Part shown: piece by piece, positions 1 to 12,600 of the stretch
How positions within the stretch are numbered: position 1 is the first letter of the stretch
Layout: each line of letters opens with the position of its first letter
DNA from: Mobula hypostoma
Lineage: Eukaryota
NCBI RefSeq assembly: GCF_963921235.1
Contig: NC_086097.1
Coordinates: 682,001 to 746,000, forward strand
DNA: 64,000 bases
Reading direction: 5' to 3'
The notes under the pieces: model-generated
Database searches by the model: none
Seen by the model: the letters and a program-made list of their open reading frames with translations, nothing else
Told to the model about the DNA's origin: nothing
Made by a program: the position numbers and the translations under genes

Positions 1-1084
1 CAAAATCTCTTTCAGAAAGCTGGGGTGCAGTTTATCTGGTCCAGATGACTCATGTACCCTTACGTCTTTCAGCTTATTGAGCACCTTCTTCTTTGTAATA
101 GTAACTGCACTCACCTCTATTCCCTCTCACCCTTCAACATCTGGCACACTGCTCGTGTCTTCCATAGTGAAGACTGTTGCAAAATATTAATTTAGTTCAT
201 CTACTATCTCTTTGTCCCCCGTTAATATGCTGTACTTCCAGAAGGCACATAACATCTGTCTTCCAGAAGGCACATAAAAACTGTTGGATATATTAGAGAA
301 ACACGGGGAAAGTGAGACTAGCATACTGAAGGAACTATGAATCTAACCCTAACCCTAACACTAATGCATGGTCTTAATCTCAGAGTTTTGAAATGGTGAC
401 TTTAGAGATGGCTGATGTTCCAATTGTCCCACTCTGGGGTTCTGAAGATCCTGAAATCATTCCTGAGGACTGGAGGGCAGCAAATATTACTCCACTGTTT
501 CAGAAAAAAGGGGCAAAGAGAACAGAGGGCTACTGACCTGTCAACCCGATGTTAGTGAAAAATGCTGGAATACGACAAAACATCTTGTAAAGCATTACGG
601 GAGTGAGCAGTCACCATGGCTTTATTAAAGTAAATCACAACTGACTGAGCTGTTGGAGTTCTTTGAGGATGTGTCAGGGTCATATAGCATAGCAATAGGC
701 CCATGGCCCATCATGTCCATGGTGCAGGGATCATTCACTGAAACAATGCAGATTTCCAACATCTGCTGATCTTCTCATGACTGTGATTCACTGTGACAAA
801 ATGGATAGAGTTAAAGATTAAAAGAAGTGCAATCATTCTGATGGGGTTATACTGTAGGCTTCTGAACAGACACTGAGAGATGGAGGAACGGATATGTAGA
901 TAGATTATGGAAAGATGTAAAAAAAAAGTTGTGGTAGTGGTGACTTTAATACCAAATTTTTACTTCTGTTTTAGTGAAAGAGGCTTAGATGGGGTAGAAG
1001 TTCTTCAGTGCATTTAAGAGGATTTCTTGAAACAGTAGGTGGATAATCTAACTAGAGTATGGACCACACTCAAACTTGTTTTGG

Positions 1085-1447
1085 GCTTACACAGAGTAGA
1101 TGTGGAAAGGATGTTTCCCATGGTGGGAGAGTCTAGGACAAGAGGGCACAGCCTCAGGATGGAGGGGTGTCCTTTCAAAACAGAGATGCGGAGAAACTTC
1201 TTGAGCAAAAGGGTGGTGAAGTTGTGGAATTTGTTGCCACATGCAGCTCTGGAGGTCAGGTCGTTGAGTGGATTTAAGGTAGAGACTAATTGGTTCTTGA
1301 TTGGAAGTGGCATCAAAGGTTACGGGGAGAAGGCCGGGAACTGGGGTTGAGGAGGAGATTGAAAAAAAGGATCAGTCATGATTGAATGGCAGAGCAGACT
1401 CAATGGGCCAGATGGCCTAATTCTGCTCCTATGTCTTATGTCTTATA
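1085..1447 (+). mobile_element. CR1 LINE 3' end (5'-truncated), within older decayed CR1 fragments occupying about 1-2060
   Basis: RTRGHSLR...FLSKRVVKLWNLLP C-terminal motif; 3' hairpin and (TCTTATG)n tail. Confidence 0.8.
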
Positions 1448-2064
1448 GAAACGAACTTGGACAGGTGAGTGGCCTTTCATTGGAAAATCATTCTGCAAAA
1501 AGTTATCATAACTCCTTAAGTTTATATATACAGTAATTATGTATAAGGATATCATGAACCTTTTGGAAAAATAAGAATTTGGGGGAGGGTGAGTTTGACA
1601 CTATTACACAGGAGCTAATTGTGCACCATTGTTATTGTGGAAGTGCACACCTGATATTGTTTAAATATAGCTGACCAATCCCATGGACAAGCATATTTCA
1701 GTCCTGAGCAGGATAAAGGAAACTCAGATTATGAAAGAGGTTCTGAAGTTTGTCAGCTCCTTGAATAAATAAAATTAAAATAGCAGGAAAGTGCTCAGGC
1801 AGGGCCCAAAGAGGCCATGAAATGTTCTTGGCAAGAAGGATTAAAGAGAATCCTAAACCATTTTTATAAATATATTACATACAAGAGGATAACTAGGGAG
1901 AGGGTAGATCCAGGATAAAGACAGGAATTCATGCTTGGATTCACAGGATGTGGGAAGGGAGCTAAATGAATGCTTTACAAGCAGAGAGATATAAATAGAT
2001 TAAGTGAGTAGCTAAGGGTTTGGCAGCTGTAGAGGTAATTGTCTGTTATGTCCAACGATGTCAG

Positions 2065-2455
2065 GAAACCTGTGCAGGAAAGTGGAAAAGCTGTTGCACT
2101 GGGGCAGTTACATTCTCTTGACCTCAGAAGTGCCAGTCCAGTGGTATGAACAAGTGTCACAAACTGGGATCTTCCTTGGTTGTAGTGGATGACCATAAAG
2201 TCTTCTGTGCCTTGTCATGCCCTTCTCTCTTCACAGAGTGTTGCAGCACCACCTTCCTGGCTGTTGGATCTCACTGTAGATCTCTTCCGCCCAGTCGGCC
2301 AGAGCTGACTTTGCAATCTGGGACAGGCACGTCTCTAGCTCACCAGAGTATGAGGTAGCCAGCTACCATCACCTGGTTTCACCTGCCTGTTGAAGTGGTG
2401 TACTGGGGTGTGGCTGCTGACACATGCAAACAGCTACTTGGAGCCACAGGTGAGG
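2065..2455 (-). mobile_element. Non-coding repeat, probably derived from an RTE-clade LINE 5' region
   Basis: Reverse complement resembles 48838-49090 (caggtga..gtagc; tggtcatccac). The RTE assignment is from memory only. Confidence 0.45.
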
Positions 2456-3100
2456 CAGACAGAGTACAATGTTGGTAAGTGCGAGGTCATCCACTTTGGA
2501 AGGAAAAATAGAAGATCAGATTGTTTTCTAAATGGTGAAAGACTGAAGTATGTTGTTGTTCAGAGGGAATTGGGAGTGCTAGCACATAAACCACAAAAGT
2601 TTGGTTTGCAGGAGACAGTGCAGAGGAAGTGCATGAGGTTAGTTCCATAGATGAGGGGGTTAACCCATGAGGAGAACTTGAGTCCTTGGGACTGTACTCA
2701 CTAGAATGAGAGGGGATCTTATAGAAACATTATAAAATTATGAAGAGATGGATAAGAAAGAGGCAGGAAAGTTGTTTCCACTGGAAGATGAGCTGAGAAC
2801 TAGGGGACATAGCCTCAAGATTCAGGGGAATAGATTTAGGACAGCGATAAGAAGAAACTGCTTTTCCAAGAAAGTAGTGAATCTGTGGAATTCTCTGCCC
2901 AGGAAAGCAGTAGAGGCTACTTCATTAAATATATTTAAAGCACAGTTAGGTAGGCTTTTGCACAGCAGGGGAATTAAGGGTTACGGGGGAAAAGGCATAT
3001 TAGTGGAGCCGAGTCCATGGCCAGATCAGTCAAGATCTTATTGAATGGCAGAGCAAGCTCAAGGTGCCATATGGCTGACTCCTGCTCTTAGTTCTTATGT
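2456..3100 (+). mobile_element. CR1 3' fragment
   Basis: KCEVIHFG and RTRGH...VVNLWNSLP motifs in ORFs 2390 and 2748; terminal ttcttatg. Confidence 0.8.
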
Positions 3101-3328
3101 ATGCACAAAAGTGCAGGGCATGCTAATGTGCTATAGCAGGGAAGGAGTGGCAAGCATCAAAAGATAGCGACAGTTCACATCTGATGGATGTTTAGCGTAG
3201 AGAACATCAGTTGTTCCTGCACTTGCTATTTACATCTGAAATTATTCACAGTGCCAGGGTTTGACTCTGGGCTCGTTGTGGCTGAATGCAACTGTGGACT
3301 TTTCCCATTTGCTCTGCTCATAGTTTAC

Positions 3329-3409
3329 CTTTCACAGTCGAGTTTCATCAGAGCACGGACATCAAAGCAGAACTGCACATCTGTCACTGTACAGCTTGGG
3401 TAGGCCTCA
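3329..3409 (-). CDS. TMEM63C: TMEM63C exon (81 nt) [26 protein letters not shown]
   Basis: Acceptor ttgtcttccag|T; donor AG|gtaaac; CA+T=His across a 22,963-nt intron. Confidence 0.93.
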
Positions 3410-3635
3410 CTGGAAGACAATACATATGTAAGGTCACAACTACGCATCTTTCATTCCAGCTGAAGGTCACCATCTTACCTAGTGCAACACACAGATACGG
3501 CAGAGAGGAACAAACTGTTGCTAACCAATACCAGTCCTTCATACACACCGTTCACACAAACACACATATACACACGCAAATGTATATACATACACAAGCA
3601 GACATACGCACAAATATCCTCATACATACTCAGTA

Positions 3636-3679
<44 letters not shown>

Positions 3680-6600
3680 CATAGAATAGTACAGTACAGG
3701 CCCTTTGGCCCACATTGTTGTGCCAACCCTGAAACCCTGCCTCCCATATAACACCCACTTTAAATTCCTCCAAATACCCGTCTAGTAGTCTCTTAAATTT
3801 CACTAGTGTATCTGCCTCCACCACTGACTCAGGCAGAGTATTCCACGCACCAAACACTCTCTGAGTGAAAAAACATTCCTCTAATATCCCCCTTAAACTT
3901 CCCACCCCTTACCTTAAAGCTATGTCCCCTTCTATTGAGCAGTGGTGCCCTGGGGAAGAGGCGCTGGCTATCCACTCTATCTATTCCTCTTATTATCTTG
4001 TACACCTCTATCATGTCTCCTCTCATCCTCCTTCTCTCCAAAGAGTAAAGTCCTAGCTCCCTTAATCTCTGATCACAATCCATACTCTCTAAACCAGGCA
4101 GCATCCTGGTAAATCTCCTCTGTACCTTTTCCAGTGCTTCCACATCCTTCCTATAGTGAGGCGACCAGAACTGGAGATAGGGATTAAGGGTCGGCACAAC
4201 ATTGTAGCCCAAAGGGCCTGTACTGTGCTGTACTGTTCTATGTCTTTTGCCTACATCCTTTTTTAAAAAGTGGCATGACATTTGCTGCCTTCCAATCCGC
4301 TGGGACCTGCCCAGAGTCTTGAGAATTTTGGTAAATGATTACCAACACATCTACTATAACCTCCACCAATTCCCTCAGCACCCTGGGATGCATCCCATCA
4401 TGTTATCTCCTCAAAGGATTCCAACAGGTTTGTCAGGCAAGATTTTCCCTGAAGGAAACCATGCTCACAATATCCTATCTTATCACGTGTCACCAGGTAC
4501 TCCATACCCTCATCCTTAACAATGGACTCCAACATCTTCCCAACCACTGAGGTCAGGCTAACTGGTCTATAATTTCCTTTCTGTTGCCTTCCTCCTTTCT
4601 TAAAGAATGGAGTGACATTTGCAATTTTCCAGTCCTCTGCACCAGGCCAGAGTCCAATGATTTTTGAAAGATCATTACTAATGCCTCCACAATATCTACT
4701 GCTATCTCTTTCAGAACCCTAGAGCGCAGTTCATCTGGCCTGGGTGACCTATGTACCCATAGGTCTTTCAGCATTTTGTGCAACTTCTCTCTTGTAATAG
4801 TAACTGCACTCACTTCTCTTCCCTCACACCCTTCAACATCTGGCACACTGCTGGTGTCTTCCAAGTGAAGGCTGATGCAAAAGACTCATTTAGTTCATCT
4901 GCCATCTCCTTGGCCACTGATGTATTTCTCCGGCCTCATTTTCTAGTGGTCCTATATCCACTCTGAACTCTGTTTTGTTTTTTACATACATGAAAAAGCT
5001 TTTACTCTGCACTTCAATATTGTTTGATAGCTTGCTTTCGTATTTCATCTCTTCCCTCCTATTGATTCTTTTAGTTGCTCTCTGTAGGGTTTTAAAAGGT
5101 TTCCAATCGTCTGTCTTCCCACTAATCTTTGCTTTGTTGTATGCATTCTCTTTTGCTTTTACATTAGCACTGACTTCCCTGATCAGATATTTTGCCATTT
5201 GAGTATTTCTTCATTTTTGGAATGCACATATCCTGTACCTTCCTCATTTTCCCCCTAAACACACGCCTTTGCTGCTCTGGTGACATCCCTGCCAGCAACT
5301 CCTTCCAATTTACTTTGGCAATCTCCTCTCTCATACCACTGTAATTTCCTTTACTCCACTGAAATACTACTACATCAGACTTTACTTCCTTCCTATCAAA
5401 TTTCAAGCTAAACTCAATCATACTGTGATCACTGGTTCCTAAGATTTCTTTTACCTTAAGCACCCTAATCACCTCCTGCTCAATATATAACACCCAATCT
5501 AGTATAACTGATTTCCTAGAAGTTTCAACGACAAACTGCTCTAAAAAGCCACCTCTTAGGCATTCAACAAACTCACTTTCTTGAGATTACCAACCTAATT
5601 TTCCAAATCGACCTGCATGTTAAAATCTCCCATGACTATCGTAACATTGCCCTTTTGACAAGCATTTTCTATCTCCTGTTGTAATGTGCAGACCACTTCT
5701 TTACTATTGTTGCGGGAGGGGTCTGTATACAACTTCCATCAGGTTCTTTTTACCCTTGCAGTTCCTTAGCTATACCCACAATGATTCTACACCTTCCAAT
5801 CCTTTGTCACCTCTAATGATTTGATTTCCTATTTACCTATAGAACACCCCACCCCCTCTGCCTACCTGCCTATCCTTTCAATACAATGTGTATACTTGGA
5901 CGTTAAACTCCCAGCTATAATCTTCTTTCAACTACGACACAGTGGTGCCCACAATATCATACATGCCAATTTGTAACTGTGCAATAGGTTCATCTATGTT
6001 ATTCTATGTACTGTGTGCATTTAAATATAACACCTTCATATCTGTATTCATCATCCTTTTCGATTTTATCCCCTTTTTACATTATTGACTAAAATTTTGC
6101 CCTATCAGTCTGTCCTTGCTAGCAGTCTCAGTTTGTCAACCAACCAGCCCATCCTCAGCACTATCACTCTGCTTCCCATCCTCCTGCCAAATTTGCTTAG
6201 ACCCTCCCAAACAGTTCTAGCAAAGCTGGCTGCAAGGAAATACAGGTTACATCGAAACCCAAGGCTTTACATCGAAACCCGAAACCCTGCTAGATGCAGG
6301 AAGATTGTTCCTCATGTTGGGGAAGTCACAGTTTGAGGATAAAGGGGAAGCCTTTTAGGACCGAGATGAGGAAAAACTTCTTCACACAGAGAGTGGTGAA
6401 TCTGTGGAATTCTCTGCCACAGGAAACAGTTGAGGCCAGTTCATTAGCTATATTTAAGAGCAAGTTAGATATGGCCCTTGTGGCTAAAGGGATCAGGGGG
6501 TATGGAGGGAAGGTTGGTACAGGGTTCTGAGTTGGATGATCAGCCATGATCATACTGAATGGCAGTGCAGGCTCGAAGGGCCAAATGGCCTACTCCTGCA

Positions 6601-9600
6601 CCTATTTTCTATGTTTCTATCCTTCTATGGTTCCAATATCCTTGCAGACAGGTTTGCTAGAGCTATGGGGAGGATTTGAATGAATTTGGCGGGGGATAGC
6701 AACCAGAGTAATAGGACTGAGGAGAGGGATGCTGTTGTACAAATAGAGGCAGTGATTAGTGAGACTGTGCGGAAGGACAGGCAGATGATAGGGCAAAACT
6801 GCAGTCGGTGGGATGAGCTAAAGTATAACAGTGGGCCAAAATCAAAAACAGTGATGAATACAGGACCGAAGGTGTTATATTTGAATGTATGCAGTATAAA
6901 GAATAAGGCAGATGATCTTGTAGCACAGTTTGAGATTGGAAGGTATGATGTTGTGACATCTCTGAGTTATGGCTGAAAGAAGAACATAACTGGGATCTTA
7001 TCATCCAAGGATACACATGGTTTAGGATAGGCATATGGGCAGAGGGGTTGCAGTGGATCTGTAGGTAAAAATGAATTCAAATCCTTAGAAAGATGTGACA
7101 TAGGATTGGGAGATGTAGAATCCTTGTGGGTAATGAAACTGCAAGGATAAAACAACCCAGATGGGAGTTATTTACAGATCCCCAAACAGTAGCTAGGACA
7201 TGGGCTACAAATTACAAAAGGAGATAGAAAAGGCATGTAAAAAGGGAAACATGATTATCATGGGGATTTTCAATATGCAGGTGGATTGGAAAAATCAGGT
7301 TGGTGCTGGAATCCCAAGAGAGGGAATTTGTAGAATGCCAACGGCATGGATTTCTGTAGCAGCTTGTAGTTGAGCCCACTAGAGGAATGGCAATTGAAGC
7401 CTCTGTTGACGCCTCTTTGAGCCACATCTTTGTGCTTGGCGATAATATGTACCAAGACATCTGGATATTCACCCTTGCCCTTGAGAATGCCATGGACCCG
7501 ATCTGAGAAATCCCTGATGCTGGCACCAGGGAGGCAACATAACATCTGGGTGTCTCTATCATGCCCACAGAACCGCATCACAAACAAGAGAAAATCTGCA
7601 GATGCTGGAAATGCGAGCAACACACACAAAATTCTGGAGGAACTCAGAAGGCCAGGCAGCATTTAGGAAAAGATTACAGTTTATGTTTCGAGCCGAAACT
7701 CTTCGGTAGTCCTGTCGAAGGGTTTTGGCCCGAAATGTCAACTGTATTCTTCTCCTAGATGCTGCCTGGCCTGCTGAGTTGATCTAGCATTTTGTGTGTG
7801 TTGCACAGAATCTCGCCTATATTTTTATTACTAAAGTATCTCTATCAACACTGCACTCCTCTTCACCTCTCTGCTCTTTTGAGCTGCAGCACCAGAGTCA
7901 GTGCCAGAGACCCGTTCACTGTGGCTCTCATCTGGTAGGTCGGCTCCTTCATTGGAGTCTAAAGTTGTATAATTATTATTGAGGGGAACGGCCACTGGCT
8001 GTGCAATTCCCCTCCTTCTCCTGACAATCACCCAGTTACCTCTCTCCTGCAATCTAGGGGTGACTACCTCTCTATAGCTCCTGTCCATCACCATCTCATT
8101 CTCCTAATGTAGCAGGATCCTCTTTTGAGTCAATATGGGTGGAAGTCAGGAACAGGAAGGGAGTAGTTACTCTACTGGGGGTATTCTATAGGCCCCCTGG
8201 TAGCAGCAGAGATACAGAGGAGCAGATTGGGAGGCAGATTTTGGAAAGGTGCAAAAATAACAAGGTTGTTATCATGGGTGACTTTAACTTCCCTAATATT
8301 GATTGGCACCTGATTAGTTCCAAGGGTTTAGATGGGGCAGAGTTTGTTAAGTGTGTCCAGGATGGATTCCTGTCACAGTATGTGGACAGGCCGACCAGGG
8401 GGAATGCCATACTAGATCTAGTACTAGGTAATGAACCGGGTCAGGTCACAGATCTCTCAGTGGGTGAGCATCTGGGGGACAGTGACCACCGCTCCCTGGC
8501 CTTTAGCATTATCATGGAAAAGGATAGAATCAGAGAGGACAGGAAAATTTTTAATTCAGGAAGGGCAAATTATGAAGCTATAAGGCTAGAACTTGCGGGT
8601 GTGAATTGGGATGATGTTTTTGCAGGGAAATGTACTATGGACATGTGGTCGATGTTTAGAGATCTCTTGCGGGATGTAAGGGATAAATTTGTCCCAGTGA
8701 GGAAGATAAAGAATGGTAGGGTGAAGGAACCATGGATGACAAGTGAGGTGGAAAATCTAGTCAGGTGGAAGAAGGCAGCATACATGAGGTTTAGGGAGCA
8801 AGGATCAGATGGGTCTATTGCAGAATATAGGGAAGAAAGAAAGGAGCTTAAGAAGGGGCTGAGAAGAGCAAGGAGGGGGCATGAGAAGGCCTTGGCGAGT
8901 AGGGTAAAGGAAAACCCCAAGGCATTCTTCAATTATGTGAAGAAAAAAGGGATGACAGGAGTGAAGGTAGGACCGATTAGAGATAAAGGTGGGAAGATGT
9001 GCCTGGAGGCTGTGGAAGTGAGCGAGGTCCTCAATGAATACTTCTCTTTGGTATTCATCAATGAGAGGGAACTTGATGATGGTGAGGACAATATGAGTGA
9101 GGTTGATGTTCTGGAGCATGTTGATATTAAGGGAGAGGAGGTGTTGGAGTTGTTAAAATACATTAGGACAGATAAGTCCCCGGGGCCTGATGGAATATTC
9201 CCCAGGCTGCTCCACGAGGCAAGAGAAGAGATTGCTGAGCCTCTGGCTAGGATCTTTATGTCCTCGTTGTCCACAGGAATGGTACAGGAGGATTGGAGGG
9301 AGGCGAATGTTGTCTCCTTGTTCAAAAAAGGTAGTAGGGATAGTCCAGGTAATTATAGACCAGTGAGCCTTACGTCTGTGGTGGGAAAGCTGTTGGAAAA
9401 GATTCTTAGAGACAGGATCTATAGGCATTTAGAGAATCATGGTCTGATCAGGGACAGTCAGCATGGCTTTGTGAAGGGCAGATCGTGTCTAACAAGCCTG
9501 ATAGAGTTCTTTGAGGAGGTGACCAGGCATATAGATGAGGGTAGTGCAGTGGATGTGATCTATATGGACTTTAGTAAGGCATTTGACAAGGTTCCACATG

Positions 9601-12600
9601 GTAGGCTTATTCAGGAAGTTAGAAGGCATGGGATCCAGGGAAGTTTGGCCAGGTGGATTCAGAATTGGCTTGCCTGCAGAAGGCAGAGGAAGGTGGTGGA
9701 GCGAGTACATTCAGATTGGAGGATTGTGACTAGTGGTGTCCCACGAGGATCTGTTCTGGGACCTCTACTTTTCGTGATTTTTATTAACGACCTTGATGTG
9801 GGGGTAGAAGGGTGGGTTTGCAAGTTTGCAGATGCCACAAAGGTTGGTGGTGTTGTAGATAGTGTAGAGGATTGTCAAAGATTGCAGAGAGACATTGATA
9901 GGATGCAGGAGTGGGCTGAGAAGTGGCAGATGGAGTTCAACCCAGAGAAGTGTGAGGTGGTATACTTTGGAAGGACAAACTCCAAGGCAGAGTACAAAGT
10001 AAATGGCAGGATACTTGGTAGTGTGGAGGAGCAGAGGGATCTCGGGGTACATGTCCACAGATCCCTGAAAGTTGCCTCACAGGTGGATAGGGTAGTTAAG
10101 AAAGCTTATGGGGTGGTAGCTTTCATAAGTCGAGGGATAGAGTTTAAGAGTCGCGATGTAATGATGCAGCTCTATAAAACTCTGGTTAGGCCACAATTGG
10201 AGTACTGTGTCCAGTTCTGGTCGCCTCACTATAGGAAGGATGTGGTAGCTTTGGAAAGGGTACAGAGGAGATTTACCAGGATGCTGCCTGGTTTAGAAAG
10301 TATGCATTATGATCAGAGATTAAGGGAGCTAGGGCTTTACGCTTTGGAGAGAAGGAGGATGAGAGGAGACATGATAGAGGTGTACAAGATAATAAGAGGA
10401 ATAGATAGACTGGATAGCCATCACCTCTTCCCCAGGGCAGCACTGCTCAATACAGGAGGACATGGCTTTAAGGTAAGGGGTGGGAAGTTCAAGGGGGATA
10501 TTAGAGGAAGGTTTTTTACTCAGAGAGTGGTTGGTGCGTGGAATGCACTGCCTGAGTCAGTGGTGGAGGCAGATACACTAGTGAAGTTTAAGAGACTACT
10601 AGACAGGTATATGGAGGAATTTAAGGTGGGGGCTTATATGGGAGGCAGGGTTTGAGGGTCGGCACAACATTGTGGGCTGAAGGGCCCGTACTATGTTGTA
10701 CTATTCTATGTTCTATGTTTATGTTTCTCTATGAGTCGAAGGTCAACAAGCTGTAGCTCCAGTTCCTTAATACATTCTCTCAGGAGCTGCAACTTGGTGC
10801 ACCTGATGCAGAGGTGTGTATCTGGGAACTGGAGGTCTCCCAGACTTGCCATATCCCACGCAGTGTACAAAACACTGCCACTGTAGCTATTCTCACTGGC
10901 CTACTATGCCCTAACGGATAAGAAATGAACAAGAAGAGAGAGAGATAGAGAATTAGATGGAGCGAGAGAGAGAGAGAGAGAGACACGGAGAGAGATATAG
11001 AGATAGAGAGAGAGAGAGAGAGAGACTGACTGAGACTTACAAGATACTTTACCTCACCCAAGCCTGATCTTGCCTAAGCTGTGATTTGAGCTTCCTTGTG
11101 TCTGGTATTAATCCAGTATTTCTTCAGGATCCCGGCGATGCTTCCAGAAACCATGGAAATATTAATGGAAAGAAACATTCTCTGTGGGAGACGTGATGGT
11201 GGCTGTTATTATTGAGGTATAAGTCCACATGATTAACCCTGTGAAAACTATTTTGGATCTGGAGAGTCTCCACGAGGAAATAAGAAGATTACGCACGACA
11301 TTCCTACAGAATGGCTACAAGGAGAAGGAAATCAATTGAGCCCTTAAAAGGTCCAACAGAAAAAGCAAGAAACCTAACATCGAGGCGGAACCCGTCATGA
11401 TAGCCTGTCTTTCCTATATTTCCACGGTTTCTGGAAGCATCGCCAGGATAACAAGCAGGATAGACAAAAGAGAACTGGTTGATATTGTGTACTTGGATTT
11501 TCAAAAGGCCTTTGACAAAGTGCCAGAAATGAGGCTTCTTAATAGGCTATGAGCACATGGTATAAGAGGAAAGATTCCTCCTCAGCATAGATAAAAGCAT
11601 TGGCTGATAGGCAGGAAGCAAAGAGTGGGAATAAAGGGAGCCTTTTCTGCTTGGCTGCCGGTGACTAGTGGTGTTCCACAGGAGTCTGTTTTAGGACCAA
11701 TTCTTTTTACGTTATATGTCAATGATTTGGATGATGGAATTGATTGCTTTGTTGCAAAGTTTGCAAATGACATGAAGATAGATAGAGGGGCAAGTAATTT
11801 TGAGGAAGCAAGGAGGCTGCAGAAGGACTTGGAGAGATTAGGGGAGTGTGCAAAGAAGGTTAGATGGAATATTGTGTCAGGAAGTGGCAGCTTTTCAATG
11901 GTTTCAATGAGGTCACACTTCATTCTTCTGAATTCAAGAGGACACAGGCCCAGTGCCATCAAACGCTCTTCATATGACAAGCCATTCAATCCTGGAATCA
12001 TTTTTGTGAATCTCTTTTGAAGCCTCTCCAGTTTCAACACATCTTTTTCTAAGATAAAGGGTCCAAAGTTATCTACAATAAATATAGGCAGCATGGAGTA
12101 AGTAAGGTGCTCGAAGAATATAAAGAATGTAAAAAGAATCTTAAGAAAGAAATTAGAAAGCTAAAAGAAGATACGAGGTTGCTTTGGCAAGTAAGGTGAA
12201 AATAAATCCAAAGCGTTTCTACAGTTATATTAATAGCAAAAGGATAGTGAGGGACAAAATTGGTCCCTTAGAGAATCAGAGTGGACAGCTATGTGTGGAG
12301 CTAAAACAGATGGGGGAGATTTTAAACAATTTCTTTTCTTTGGTATTCACTAAGGAGAAGGATATTGAATTCTGTAAGGTAAGGGAAACAGATAGGGAAG
12401 TTATGGAACCTATGATGATTAAAGAAAATTGACAATAAGTACCCCTGTTTGAGTACTGTTGGGGGGACAGCTTACCTGGGGGAAGCAACAGTGACCGTGC
12501 CTCTGGCACAGAGTCTGGCCCCGTAGCTCAGGAGGGTAGGGAAAGGAAGAGGAGGGCAGTAGTAATGGGGACTCGATAGTTAGGGTTTCAGATAGGTGAT

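Larger units (their letters stand above)
7415..11075 (-). mobile_element. CR1 5'UTR + ORF1 (Zn finger/SGNH esterase) fragment, 3'-truncated, interrupted by 7577-7804 and 8110-10731
   Basis: CCLPGA, DVLVHI and [10 protein letters not shown] motifs; (CT)n in the 5'UTR at about 10961-11026; host sequence resumes after each insertion. Confidence 0.75.

Noticed and set aside
1..3328. Next TMEM63C exon (RKAMKGRL-type)
   Set aside because: No matching reading frame with splice sites seen; probably before position 1.
6672..6700. Additional slippery-site copies at about 6672-6685 (+) and 6190-6203 (-)
   Set aside because: Old, decayed junctions with mutated heptamer and stop; not counted as support for the frameshift hypothesis.
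8139..10655. 838-aa ORF as an active or domesticated reverse transcriptase gene
   Set aside because: It is 5'-truncated inside the endonuclease, starts at GTG, has the catalytic FADD mutated to FADA, and has near-identical siblings in the window: a young dead CR1.
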